From positions 35,526,001 through 35,590,000 of the forward strand of contig NC_043000.1 of NCBI RefSeq assembly GCF_006345805.1: a DNA stretch of 64,000 nt. Reading direction: 5' to 3'. The notes beneath the pieces are model-generated. The model was not told where the DNA came from. It saw nothing but the letters and a program-made list of their open reading frames with translations, and ran no database searches. Of the stretch, positions 52,003 to 63,331 are shown one piece after another; the stretch's first letter is position 1, and the number at the start of each line of letters is the position of its first letter. The DNA comes from Octopus sinensis (lineage: Eukaryota). The position numbers and the translations under genes are program-made.

Positions 52003-52074
<72 letters not shown>

Positions 52075-52171
52075 TATATATATATGCATACATATATATG
52101 CATGTTTACATGTATATATATATGGGGAGAGAATGTTAAGTTGGTTGCTAGCTGTCCCTTCTCATGTCGCA
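51927..52171. repeat. Inverted repeat (~85-bp arms) around a (TA)n tract
   Basis: TGCGACATGAGAAGGGAAGCTAGCAACCAACTTAACATT... pairs with ...AATGTTAAGTTGGTTGCTAGCTGTCCCTTCTCATGTCGCA. Confidence 0.9.
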
Positions 52172-54090
52172 TGCTATAAAAACTGGCCAAAGAAACCACA
52201 AATGATGAGCATAAATGGACCAATGTGTTGTCCAACAGCAAATGGCTAATATATGATCATCATGTTTTAATGTCCACTTTTCCATGCTAGTATGGGTCAG
52301 ACGAAATTCACCAAAGCAGAATTTCTATGGTTGGATGCTTATCACCTACCACCACCTGTTTCCAAGTATATATATATATATACTAAAGGAGTAGGGATTT
52401 GGAATCTGGGCAGGTACCTTATTAACACTTAGATATAATCCGGATCTGACTAACCACACCGAATGATAGGAAACATACAAAATTGTTTCAGATAAGCAAT
52501 TACAAGGAAGTTATGTTACTCGACAGATAAATCCTGAGTCTGCTTCATTGGATTTCATACAACATACAGAGTCTATAATTAAGATATCATAAACAGGACT
52601 GGAGAATTACACATCCTCAATAATATTGCAGTGTTATTCTCATTAAATTTAGATTTCCAATCCAACATATGTTTCTGCCGGTCAAGTGTTCTTTGATGCA
52701 GCATTTATGTGCATTTACATGGTTCAGTTGCAGTACATATACGTCCAGGGTGGACATTGCTCTGCAGTTTTGTTCCAGGCTTTACCTCTGTGTGTGGGTG
52801 AAGCAAACTAAGGAATTCAGTATTAGATAAGTTCTTGTTAAAGTATAATGCCCTAAAGGACACAAGGCAGCAGAAACACGTGTCAGACTGAAATCGAAAG
52901 TGGATTCAATGAGAATAATATTGTAATAAACAAGTTCTGAAAATGTATAATTCTTCATTCGTATCTATATCTTGATTACACACACACACACACACATGTG
53001 TATGTGTGTGTGTATGAGTGGTCGGTGTTAGGAAGGGCATCCAGCTGTAAAAATCCTGCCAAAACAGTCACAGAAGTCTAGTGCAGGCTTCGGCCTGGCT
53101 GACTCATGTGGTACTGTCCCACCTATGCTAGCATGGAACACAGACGTTAAATGATGATGTTGATGTATGTATGTATGTATGCATGCATGCACACACACAC
53201 ACACATATAAAGAGAGGAAGAGAAAGCAAAACTCTTGAATCATAAAGTTCTTATCGACTTCACATTTTCCACCTAATTTTAAACTGATTTTTACACCATA
53301 AGCAGACATTTCCTCCCTTTGTTGCTGTATTTCTGTTGAATTACACTGTCTTTGTTTACAGCAATTTTGATTATAACAAAGAACTTAATAAAATAACTTA
53401 AACTGCTGTTTAGAACATGAACTGACTTGGAGGGAGATTTTTTAGCTGAGATCACTTTTAAAGCAGGAAGTTTGCATCATATAACCAGGTACTGTCTCGG
53501 GTGGGTAGGAGTGAAAGAGTTAAAGATCTTATTATGTTTCCGATGCTCTATTCCAGTGTCCTCAATATAATATGACTTAAATTCTTCCTTTCTTAGAATT
53601 GGATACCATAAATATTGGTTTCTTTCATTGCCACAAGGCCATACACTGACATTCTATTTATTGACCTTGGATAGACAAAGGACAAATTTGACCTTGATTA
53701 AATTTGAAACTGCAATGTGGCGATGTAGGGCAAAATATTACAAAGTATTTTGTCTGTGATTCTAATATTTCTGCCATTTACAATCTTGTTTGAAGTTGCA
53801 ATATTGGTTCCCAACTTTGCCACAAGGTCAAAAATTGTGTGAGAGAGCACAACTGATTACATCAATCCCAGTATTTCACTGGTACATATTTTATCACTCC
53901 CACCTGGAAAAGGGTAAAACCAAAGTCAACCTTAGAAATAGTTCAGCACCCCAGATGCCTTTTATTCAGTGCTCAACTGACAAAAAACAAAAAAGAGATG
54001 GATAAATTAATGATAACAAAACCACTAATGTTTCCATTTCAACAGAAGAAAAGATAGAAGGAAAGTTTTGCTATTATTTGTTCATCATTA

Positions 54091-54565
54091 AACATGTTTC
54101 ATTTTCAAATTACAGAATTTGATGGCCTATAAGATGCAGGAGTGTATAGGATGCACCCTAGCGTAGGCTATACTTTTGTAAAATAAATTACCACTAAAAT
54201 AATGTTTTAATTCCTCCACTTACCTGTATAATTATAAGCAATTTATTGCATCCACATTCGATATAAACATACTGTAGGTGATTGTTCACCAACAGATGGC
54301 AGCACATGTTTTGCAAACATACATACCGTTTTGAGCCTACATTGAGTGCATTGGACACAGGGGGATATTTTAAGCCATTTTGGGGTTTAAAAAAAAGGTG
54401 CATCTTATAGGCCATCAAATACAGTAACTGAAGTTACAAAATTGTGCATGTAGGAGAGAACCAAATAATATTAGTATTATTTGATTCTCTGTCTGAAGAA
54501 TTTCTACATGTTTCTCCTACATGTGCAATTTTGCAACTCCAATTAATTTGAAAATGAAACACGTT
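54091..54565. mobile_element. Palindromic MITE whose left arm is split by a pogo/Tc2-like MITE
   Basis: Removing 54113-54426 restores a ~53-bp arm complementary to 54513-54565. Confidence 0.75.
54113..54424. mobile_element. pogo/Tc2-like MITE
   Basis: TIR C(A/T)G(A/T)ATTTGATGGCCTATAAGATGCA at both ends; TA duplicated at 54111-54112 and 54425-54426. Confidence 0.8.
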
Positions 54566-55098
54566 CAAATTTTCCAAACTCCTGTTTTGATATTATTACT
54601 CGGCAGAAAATATTTTGCAGTCTTTTCAACTCTAGTGCATACTTCACACAAATATAACATCTAAATAAGGATTTGGAATACTGGAATAAGCAAATGTGCT
54701 CCAAGAGGACACGGCTTAGATTTTAACCCCATCTACATAATATATGTAGAGGAGGAAAGAATAAAACATCTTTGGTATTATGCAGAATATTGGTGATAAT
54801 AATAAAGGTTGGTCAGAAGAATTGAAAGAATTGTGTCTCTACTGCACAAGCATTCTCAAGCACTAGATGAAAAATTCTTAAATTTAATAACATAAATATT
54901 CTGTTTTATTTCATTTCTTGGAAAATATGAAGACTTTCTGTGCCTGCATATAAATAAACTGAAGAACAGTCCCTTCATTTCTTCTGACTAACATTATTAT
55001 TACTTATATATATATATGATGTATTTTAAGATATGTTAACATGCAAAAAGATATTTAGTGACACCATATTTGTCTGAAATAGGAGTAACCAATGTTAA

Positions 55099-55275
55099 AC
55101 CCATTAACATTTAAACTATCCAGATCCTGCCTCTCAAACCTACCCTACAATGTCATTCTAAAAATAAACAATAACATCATCAACACCTTGAAGCTATGAG
55201 ATAATGCATGATTAATTCAAAACAATGTGAATAAATAAGCATTACATTTCACAGAGTAATTCCAATGCTAAAGGT
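55099..55275. mobile_element. piggyBac-type MITE, degenerate
   Basis: TTAA-flanked; homologous to 61590-61806. Confidence 0.65.
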
Positions 55276-55407
55276 TTAAACGCACTGCCATGGAGAGAGC
55301 AGTTCCAACACCGAGGAAATGTTTAAAAATAGCAGCTTGCTTCAACATGATAATGGCACCAAACTTAAAGGACAACAAGAAATGATGAAGCCATATGTAC
55401 AGTAGAC

Positions 55408-55653
55408 TCATATAAACTGTGACTGCTTATTGTAGGTGAAATCATAAATATTCTGGCTTCCGTTTTTATAATAAAGCATAGAATCAAATGAGGTGAGGGG
55501 GTAGGATTCCTGCTGCTTTTCAATGTCTATGTCATCATTGATAGGGGAGACTTGGGGACTTGGACGAAGTTGTTTCATGTTATTTATCAAGTTAGCCGTC
55601 CGCGTGCTTACCCATTCTGTGAATGTTTCTTCTTTGGGGCGTTCTTCAAGAAT
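55408..55653 (-). CDS. RD3: RD3-like protein, coding exon 3 (81 aa + stop)
   Basis: Acceptor TTTCTTTGTTAG| at 55654/55653, phase 0; ILEERPKEETFTEWV...QSQFI*. Confidence 0.8.
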   Translation of the reverse strand: MLEERPKEETFTEWVSTRTANLINNMKQLRPSPQVSPINDDIDIEKQQESYPLTSFDSMLYYKNGSQNIYDFTYNKQSQFI

Positions 55654-55747
55654 CTAACAAAGAAATAAATAAAAATTATAAACTGGAAACATACAGGTTC
55701 TTTTGGACAGTATTTATTTTAAACTTTAATAAGCTAATTAATATTAT

Positions 55748-55970
55748 TTGCAGCATGGGAGATGTTTATAAACCATTTAAGAACACACAAAAAACCGTTA
55801 GATTCACTTCAATATTGAAATTTAATTTTTTGATTTGTGTCAAAAAATTATCATCACTTTGAAACCACGCCCTGTTCACTAACATCTCTGCTGCAAATTT
55901 AAATGTTGAAGTGAATCTAACAGTTTTTTGTGTGTTCTTAAATGGCTTATAAACACCTCCCATGCTGCAA
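55748..55970. mobile_element. MITE-like element with ~70-bp inverted arms in RD3-like intron 2
   Basis: TTGCAGCATGGGAGATGTTTATAAACCATTTAAGAACACACAAAAAA... pairs with its reverse complement ending at 55970. Confidence 0.85.
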
Positions 55971-56359
55971 TTGTTTTTGTTTCAGCACACAACCTCAGAT
56001 CGAGTCACTTGCTATGCAAGTACATCTCCGTAATACATATTATTTCTTTGATATAATTTCAAGATCAGACCTGCCAGTTGGAGAGTTTGCTTTCGTTAAC
56101 CCTTTCTTTACCAAATTTCTGTTGAAATACACAGCCCATGTGTCAATTAATTTTGAAAATAATGAGGAATTTATTAGAATAAGTTTGTCCTTATTAAGCT
56201 GATATTTGGAACATAAATTAACATGAAATTTTGATGGGAAATTTGAATTAAAATCACTTTAAAACAAAGTTTGTATCCTAGAACCAGGAGTGATCAACAC
56301 ATATTCATTGTCAGTCATTTTCTTCATAAATACAATGACTGTTTTTCCTTTATTTTTTG

Positions 56360-57235
56360 CAGAATAATTGACTACAGAAAATTTTGGACCCTCTAATTTG
56401 TGGGAGAGGCATGGAGTCCTTGAAATCTACACCAGAAGGACAAACAAGATTTTAAACTTCCTGAATGTCAATAGAAGGATAATGGGAAAGGTCAGAAAAG
56501 AGCTGGAAGGTTCAGAATTTGGTTATGAGGTGACAGCAGAGAAGAAAACCCATGACTGATGCCTGATGCTATCAGTATGCCAAATTTCATCACTGAAATT
56601 CAAGAGATCATCAACAACGATCCCAGCAAGTCAATGCATGCCACTGGATGAGAGGAAGGTGTGGATGAAAAGCCAAGAGGTTGGTGGTGCATGAAGATAT
56701 TCATTACTTTTCAAAGAAGATGACGAAGGGACAATTTCTGCACCAAGTGATGCAGGGAAAGCAACTCAGGCACATCAAGAAGATGATCAACAAGTTGAAA
56801 CACCCACTGGAGCCAAACATGCTGTGGTTCTTCTCTGACGAGAAGAATTTCTGCCAAGACCAGAAGATCAACTCCCAGAACAAAAGGTGGCTCGCTGCCT
56901 CACCAAAGGACATGCACAGAGTCATACAGACGAAATTTCCAACAACAATCATGGTCTTCAGTGTCATCAGCAGTGAAGGTGATGTCATGCCACCCAACTT
57001 CTTCCCTCAGGGCCTCAGGCTGAACACTAATGGCTACTTCCATGTTCTAAGTGTGGTGGTGGAGCCTTGGATCAAGCAGGGAGGTTGTATGTGTGGAAGC
57101 AAGACTCTGTGCTCCGCTACACCAGCCGGAAGACCTAGGCCTGGCTGTCGGAGAATTTCTTTGATCACACAGCACCTGCCATTTGACCTCCCGACTCACC
57201 TGACAGCAATTCCCTTGACTTCTTTGTGTGGGGGT
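56360..57235 (+). mobile_element. maT/DD37D-type transposase remnant in RD3-like intron 2
   Basis: WFFSDEKNFCQDQK.N.QN.RWL, TKFP..IMVF.VISSEGDVMPP.FFP.GLRLN; same family as 16787-17657. Confidence 0.85.
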
Positions 57236-57352
57236 GTGGTAGGTTTTTATATGGTTTCCGTGCCCAAGGGTGATTCATAGTGTGATTGAACCTAAAACCA
57301 TAAGATAGCAAAGCAAGCTTTTTAACCACACAACCATATACATGGGTCTTAC

Positions 57353-57607
57353 CTGTGTAATGCAAAGTTTGAATAAGGCTGTGACTTCAGTAAGTGGAGG
57401 TTCTTGGAGCAGACAATTGCGGAATGACTTTATTATACAACTGCATTCTTCAGGTTTAACCAATTGGCACAAACTAACAAGTTGCATACGTTCGACATGA
57501 GGTATCTGGTATGTACGACTTTCATTACTAACAAGCCAGCTGTAATCAACTCCTGTTTGTTGTCTGCGTTCTTCCTGCTCCATTTCCCAGTAATGTTGTT
57601 CCAAATC
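57353..57607 (-). CDS. RD3: RD3-like protein, coding exon 2 (85 aa, core RD3 domain)
   Basis: TTAACAG| acceptor, CAG|GTAAGA donor, phase 0/0; EQEERRQQTGVDYSWL...ERMQL..LC..VKP..C..II..FR..L.QEP..EV..LF. Confidence 0.9.
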
Positions 57608-57903
57608 CTGTTAATATAAGCACAAATATTCATTACATATACAAATACACACAAATATATATATATATATATATAAAATAATAATAATAATAATAATATT
57701 AGGGAGTATAACTCCAAACTTACAGGGAAAAATTCAATTTAGTATTAAATCAAATTTCACAGCATAAATATATAAAATATGGATTAGAGATAAAACCACT
57801 ATTAGGCAACTCAAACAGTGATAGACATAAACCAATACATAAATAACAAATAATATATAATTAATATAATATAATATAATATAATATAATATTATATATA
57901 TAT

Positions 57904-57950
<47 letters not shown>

Positions 57951-58019
57951 TTTTATGTTTATTTATCTATTTTATTTCAAAAAGTATAAAATGAATGATA
58001 AATATAATATAATAAGTAA

Positions 58020-58262
58020 TTATCATCATCATCATCATCGTTTAACGTCCGCTTTCCATGCTAGCATGGGTTGGACGGTTCAACTGGGGTCTGGCAAGCC
58101 CGAAGGCTGCACCAGGCCAGTCAGATCTGGCAGTGTTTCTACAGCTGGATGCCCTTCCTAACGCCAACCACTCCGAGAGTGTAGTGAGTGATTTTATGTG
58201 CCACCGACACAGGTGCCAGACGAGGCTGGCAGACGGCCACACTCGGATGGTGTTTTTTTTAT
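58020..58262 (-). mobile_element. Retroposon family D (RD3-like intron 1)
   Basis: Further intron-1 copies on - at ~59710, 59993 and 60900; on + at ~58950, 59428 and 61950. Confidence 0.85.
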
Positions 58263-58430
58263 GTGCTAATATATATATATATATACAAAATATCCATCCT
58301 CCAACTAACATGGAATATAAACATCTTGTGATAGAATAAACTTGTAACATACTGTTCTATACTTTTGAGATGAGAAATTCTGTATATTGTTTACATTGGA
58401 TGGATATGTGTCCTCATCTTGTCTGTTGTT

Positions 58431-58476
58431 ACCACAATGTTTCGGCTGATTTACTCTCCAGCCTTCATCAGGTGTC
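58431..58476 (-). ncRNA. Penelope-type minimal hammerhead ribozyme
   Basis: GACAC-CUGAUGA-A-GGCUG-loop10-CAGCC-GAAAC-AUU|GUGGU: perfect 5-bp stem II and CAC/GUG stem I. Stem III palindrome AACGUU appears as AACAUU (probable CpG decay). Confidence 0.7.
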
Positions 58477-58565
58477 CTGGTAGAATTTTGAACCCAACCC
58501 TGGGTTTTCATTCCTAAGGTATTTTTTTGCTGATGTTATTATTATTATTATTATTATTTATTCAA

Positions 58566-58637
58566 GGCACTGCCTGGAATTGAACTCAGAATCTTGGAGT
58601 TAGTAGCCCACACTCTTAACCATTAAGCTATATGCCC
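58566..58637 (-). promoter_or_regulatory. tRNA-derived Pol III head (not a functional tRNA)
   Basis: 72 nt; A box TAGCTTAATGG, B box GAGTTCAATTCC; acceptor and anticodon stems imperfect. Confidence 0.75.
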
Positions 58638-59289
58638 GTGGGCAAATATAGAGTGGATTTCAGGGCTTATAACAACAAACAAGATGAGGACACATATCCA
58701 TCCAATGTAAAAAATGTAAATAATCAACTTGTAATATTACCACTATCTTCCTAGTCATGATTAGCACAAGTGAAACCAGTCAACTATCTAAATATTTGTC
58801 CTCTTTTTTGATCACCCTCTCTCTCTCTCCAGCAAGGCAACCACCTTGACAGCAAAATACCTGTTTCTGTCTCTCTGTCACACTCTAATCTTTCACCATC
58901 TGACTCAAGATCACCTCCTCCAATTCTCCCCAGCCCTCTCAAAGCATCCAGTCCACACTGTAAAGTGGGTGGCATTTGGAAGGGCATCCAGCTGTAAAAA
59001 TCATGCCAAAAACTGACCTTGCCTGCACGCTGGTGCCACATAAAAAGCAATCAGTCCACTCAGCAGAGTGGTTGGTGTTAAGAAGGGCATCCAACCATAA
59101 AAACCAGACACAGAAGTCTGGAGCTGTCTTCTGCCTGGTCAGCTCCTGTCAAACCATCCAACCCATGCTAGCATGGAAGGCGGACGTTAAACAATGATGA
59201 TGATAATTATCTCTCTCTCTCTATATATATATATGTGTGTGTGTGTGTGGTGTGTGTGTGTGTGTATGTATATATATATGTATGTATGA

Positions 59290-59347
<58 letters not shown>

Positions 59348-61589
59348 TCATCACTTAACGTCCACTTTCCATGCTAGCATGGATGTATATATATATATAA
59401 TATATATATATAATATATATATATATAAAGCACCCACTACACTCTCGGAGTGGTTGGCATTAGGAAGGGCATCCAGCTGTAGAAACTCTGCCAAATCAAG
59501 ATTGGAGCCTGGTGCAGCCATCTGGTTCACCAGCCCTCAGTCAAAATCGTCCAACCCATGCTAGCATGGAAAGCGAACGTTAAACGATGATGATGTTGAT
59601 GATATATATTATCCAGCATCAAAGTTTTGTGGATTTTGCTTTGTTTTATATTGTTTACAACAATTCACTTCATAGAAAAAAATTTTTACTGAACCTTTTC
59701 ACTATACACATCATCATCATCATTTTAATACCCATTGTCCATGCTGGCATGGATTGGACTGTTTGACCAGGGCTGGCATGCTGGAAGGCTGCACGAAACT
59801 CCAATCTGTTTTGGCAAGGTTTCTACAGCTGGATGCCCTTCCTAACACCAACCACTCTGAGAGCGTAATGGGTGCTTTTTACGTGCCACTGGCATCAGCC
59901 ACTTTGTCTCCATGTGACCCAATGTTCAAAAGGTGCTTTTTACGTGCCACTGGCATGGGAGCCAGTTATGTGACACCAGCATCAGCCACACACATCATCA
60001 TCATCATCATCATCGTTTAACGTCTGCCTTCCATGCTAGCATGGGTTGGACGAATGACTGAGTGCTGGCGAACCAGATGGCTGCACCAGGCTCCAATCTT
60101 GATATGGCAGAGTTTCTACAGCTGGATGCCCTTCCTAACGCCAACCACTCTGAGAGTGTAGTGGGTGCTTTTTATGTGCCAACGGCACGGAGCCAGTCAG
60201 GCGGTACTGGCATGACCTCGCTCGAATCTTTTTACATATGCCACCGGCACAGGTGCCATGTACATACATAGTATTTATTGTGTGTATAATTAGTTGGAAT
60301 TATGACTGCTAATGCAGTCAATGATGAGTTGATTTGTGTAAACGTAATACAATAATAAAATTGTTCCCTGAAGAACTGTTATGGTTCAGCATCCAATTGC
60401 ACTTCAAACACCCACTGCAGAGGATGCAACTAACCACAATGGTGAAACACATGTAGGGGAACAAACTATATAAACTGCATCTTGTGTTTATCATGCTTTT
60501 TTTTATTTATATATATCATCATTATTTAGCACCTGCATTCCATATATGTATATATGTGTAATAATATAGACTACCTTAAAAATAAAATTACATAAAAAAA
60601 GTTTCTCATTTATTGAACCTCCCTCACAAATACTCTTGTCATTTACTCCATTTCCTTTTCCACTGTCTCAGTTATTCCTTCTCTCTCACTCTGTGTGTTT
60701 AGCATTCCTTTATTCATTACCTGCCAACAAGCCTAGTATGTGTGCTTGTCCTGCACCTCTTATGTTAACCCTCTCTCTATCTCTCTTTTACTCTTTCTAT
60801 ACGATGTAAAATATGACTAGAGAAACCAACCAATCAACTAACATTTACATCAGGTATTGTTAAATAGATATAATTTGCTAACATTTTAAATCTAGTAGTA
60901 TCATCATCATCATCATCATTTAACGTCCGTTTTCCATGCTGGCATGGGTTAGATGGTTTTTAAAGGAGCTGGCCAGCCAGAGAGCTGCATCAGGATTCAA
61001 TTGTCTGTTTTGGCATAGTTTCTATTTCTGGATGTCCTTCCCAAAGCCAATCACCTTACAGGGTGTGCATTGGGTGCTTTTAACATGGCACCAGCATGGG
61101 TATTCTTTTCTTTACATGATGCCAGCACAAGTGCTTTCTATGCGGCACTTGCAGGATCAAAATAAGAATATAACCTTAAGTTCAAAATTCTTCACATATA
61201 TAGGCATTTTTTTTTTTTGTCTTTAATCATCAGTTTCTGCCTGACCACTAAAACCAAATGAATACGAAAGTTACTGCTTGGTACATGATGCTGGAGTTCA
61301 TAAACCTTTACCGACACAGAATTATGCTCAGGTAAGACAATGGTCTGGTTTGCCTGATTTACCCAAGAACCTGCCACCAGGCATCTAAACTGAGAGGAAA
61401 TTCACAGTTTCAAGAATCAGTTTGTCATAAAAGAGAGAAAGAGATATTGCAACCATTTCTCAAAAATATTTCTAAAGAAATAATACAGGTGTTTCAATTA
61501 ATTACTTTATTAATTAATAAATATGCAAGGTAGCCAGGTATTTTTCTCTACAGCAAGACACCTGTGCTTGTCCCTCTATCATACTTTAA

Positions 61590-61806
61590 CCCTTTAGTGT
61601 TTAAACCGGTCATATCTGGCCGAAATATTCTACCTATTTTATGTTCAAACTAGTCAGATATGGTCATTCATAGCTACCTTATTGTCATTTTAAAAATAAA
61701 CAATCACATCACTGAAATCTCAAAGCTATGAAATGATGCAAGATTAATTTTCATGGTGTGAATACATAAGCTTTACATTTGACAGAATAATCTGAATGCT
61801 AAAGGG
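61590..61806. mobile_element. piggyBac-type MITE
   Basis: TTAA|CCCTTTAG ... CTAAAGGG|TTAA. Confidence 0.85.
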
Positions 61807-62308
61807 TTAAACCCATCACCAAGTAGAATAAAGTCATCTCCCCTCACACCCACCCACACAGCCAAGCAAGCTTTTCTCCTTTCCTATTTCTTGTACTTTT
61901 CCTGTCTTGCAATATACATGGCAGCCTCCTTACTGCCAGCGGCACAAAAAAAAAGTACTCAGCATACAATATAAAGTGGTTGGCATTACAAAGAACACCC
62001 AACCACAGAAAACATGCTAAAGCTGACACTTGGGGCTTAGTCCAGCCCTGTAGCTTACCATATCCTGTCAAACTGTCCAACCCATGCCAGCATGGAAAAC
62101 AGATGTTAATTATTGTTGTTGATGATGGTAATGATGAATCAAGAAATTGGAGAGATTTAGCATGCTAATTAACTTCTCGTTATTCTTGGAATAAAATTTA
62201 ATAGGGTCTTACATGGTGGAAGGTTTTAATATAGTTGTGAACATTTTAAAATGGACAGTTTTAATCAAAGAAAATAAAGGTGGTTGAGCAGAATGTGAGC
62301 GTACTCAC

Positions 62309-62440
62309 CCTTAGTTGGGTTTCCAACTCCAAAATTAGGGAATCTGTAACAACTAACTGCCAGTCTTTTTCAAGTGGGCCCCTTGTAGAATCCCCAGGTA
62401 TCCAAGACTTGAGCCATGATCGAATCCCTGACATAGACAT
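62309..62440 (-). CDS. RD3: RD3-like protein, coding exon 1 (44 aa; not in ORF track)
   Basis: Acceptor (T)nCAG| 1 nt before the ATG; MSMSGIRSWLKSW...VTDSLILELETQLR then AGG|GTGAGT, phase 0; joins exon 2 in frame (LILELETQLR-DLE matches the RD3 N-terminal helix). Total 210 aa. Confidence 0.85.
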
Positions 62441-62929
62441 TCTGAAAAAAGAAAAGAATAAATAAATAAAATTAAGACACCTCTTTCGGTTTTATCATTC
62501 TCTTAATGCCACATAACACAACGAATTTAGGGTGAACCATTTCGAGGGTTATCTATGAGCAGTTTTCAGTTAAACCGTATTAGTAAAATATTTGTTCTTC
62601 ACTTCTTAACGATGTTGGATGTCGTCACCAGTTGTGTTCATAACAGTAAATACAAACCTTCAAATGGCTATTATAAAGGAGCATCGGGGTTTTCCAACGT
62701 TATTCGCCATCATGAAATTTTTACTAACATCCAACTGGTGATAATCACTCTAAGTAAGGGGTAGGCAAAGTGATCGCTATTGACCCCTGAAGGTGTCTAT
62801 GTGGTCGATATGTTATCGACGATTTCATGATATACAAGAAGTTTGTCGACCCCTGTTTTGAGTACTATTGACTACGTACAAGCATGAAACATCAGAATAA
62901 CATTAACAGGACAACGACATTACAGACCC

Positions 62930-63331
62930 GAAAGGCGGCGAGCTGGCTGAATCGTTAGCACGCCGGACGAAATGCTTAGCTGTATTTCGTCTGTCGCAAC
63001 GTTGTGAGTTCAAATTCCGCCGAGGTCGACTTTGCCTTTCATCATTTCGGAGTCGATAAATTAAGTACTAGTTACTAGTCGGTGTAATCGACTTAATACC
63101 TATGTCTGTCCTTGTTTGTCCCCTCTATGTTTAGCCCCTTGTGGGTAATAAAGAAATAGGTATTTCGTCTGCCGTTACGTTCTGGGTTCAAATTCTGCCG
63201 AGGTCGACTTTGCCTTTCATCCTTTCGGGGTCGATTAAATAAGTACTAGTTACGCACTGGGGTCGATGTAATCGACTTAATCCGCCTGTCTGTCCTTCTT
63301 TGTTTAGCCCCTTGTGGGTAGTAAAGAAATA
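62930..63331 (+). mobile_element. SINE family B head + two bodies inside one 14-bp TSD
   Basis: GACATTACAGACCC at 62916-62929 and 63332-63345. Confidence 0.92.

Larger units (their letters stand above)
58390..58722 (-). mobile_element. Composite element: tRNA-like head + (TAA)n + hammerhead ribozyme + inverted terminal duplication
   Basis: 42-bp inverted repeat 58390-58431 / 58670-58711 (1 mismatch) encloses the head (58566-58637) and the ribozyme motif (58431-58476); a 33-bp tail fragment recurs at 42108-42140. Confidence 0.75.

Noticed and set aside
52790-52862. Possible minus-strand exon (ALYFNKNLSNTEFLSLLHPHTE) and nearby short ORFs at 49.6-51.4 kb
   Set aside because: Splice-like ends but no partner exons or homology identified.
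60365-60460. Split hammerhead-like pieces (CCCTGAAGA ... ACCACAATGGTGAAACACATGTAGGGG); weaker cases at ~30885, 38730 and 62790
   Set aside because: Core halves are not contiguous or carry substitutions at invariant positions; too degenerate to call.
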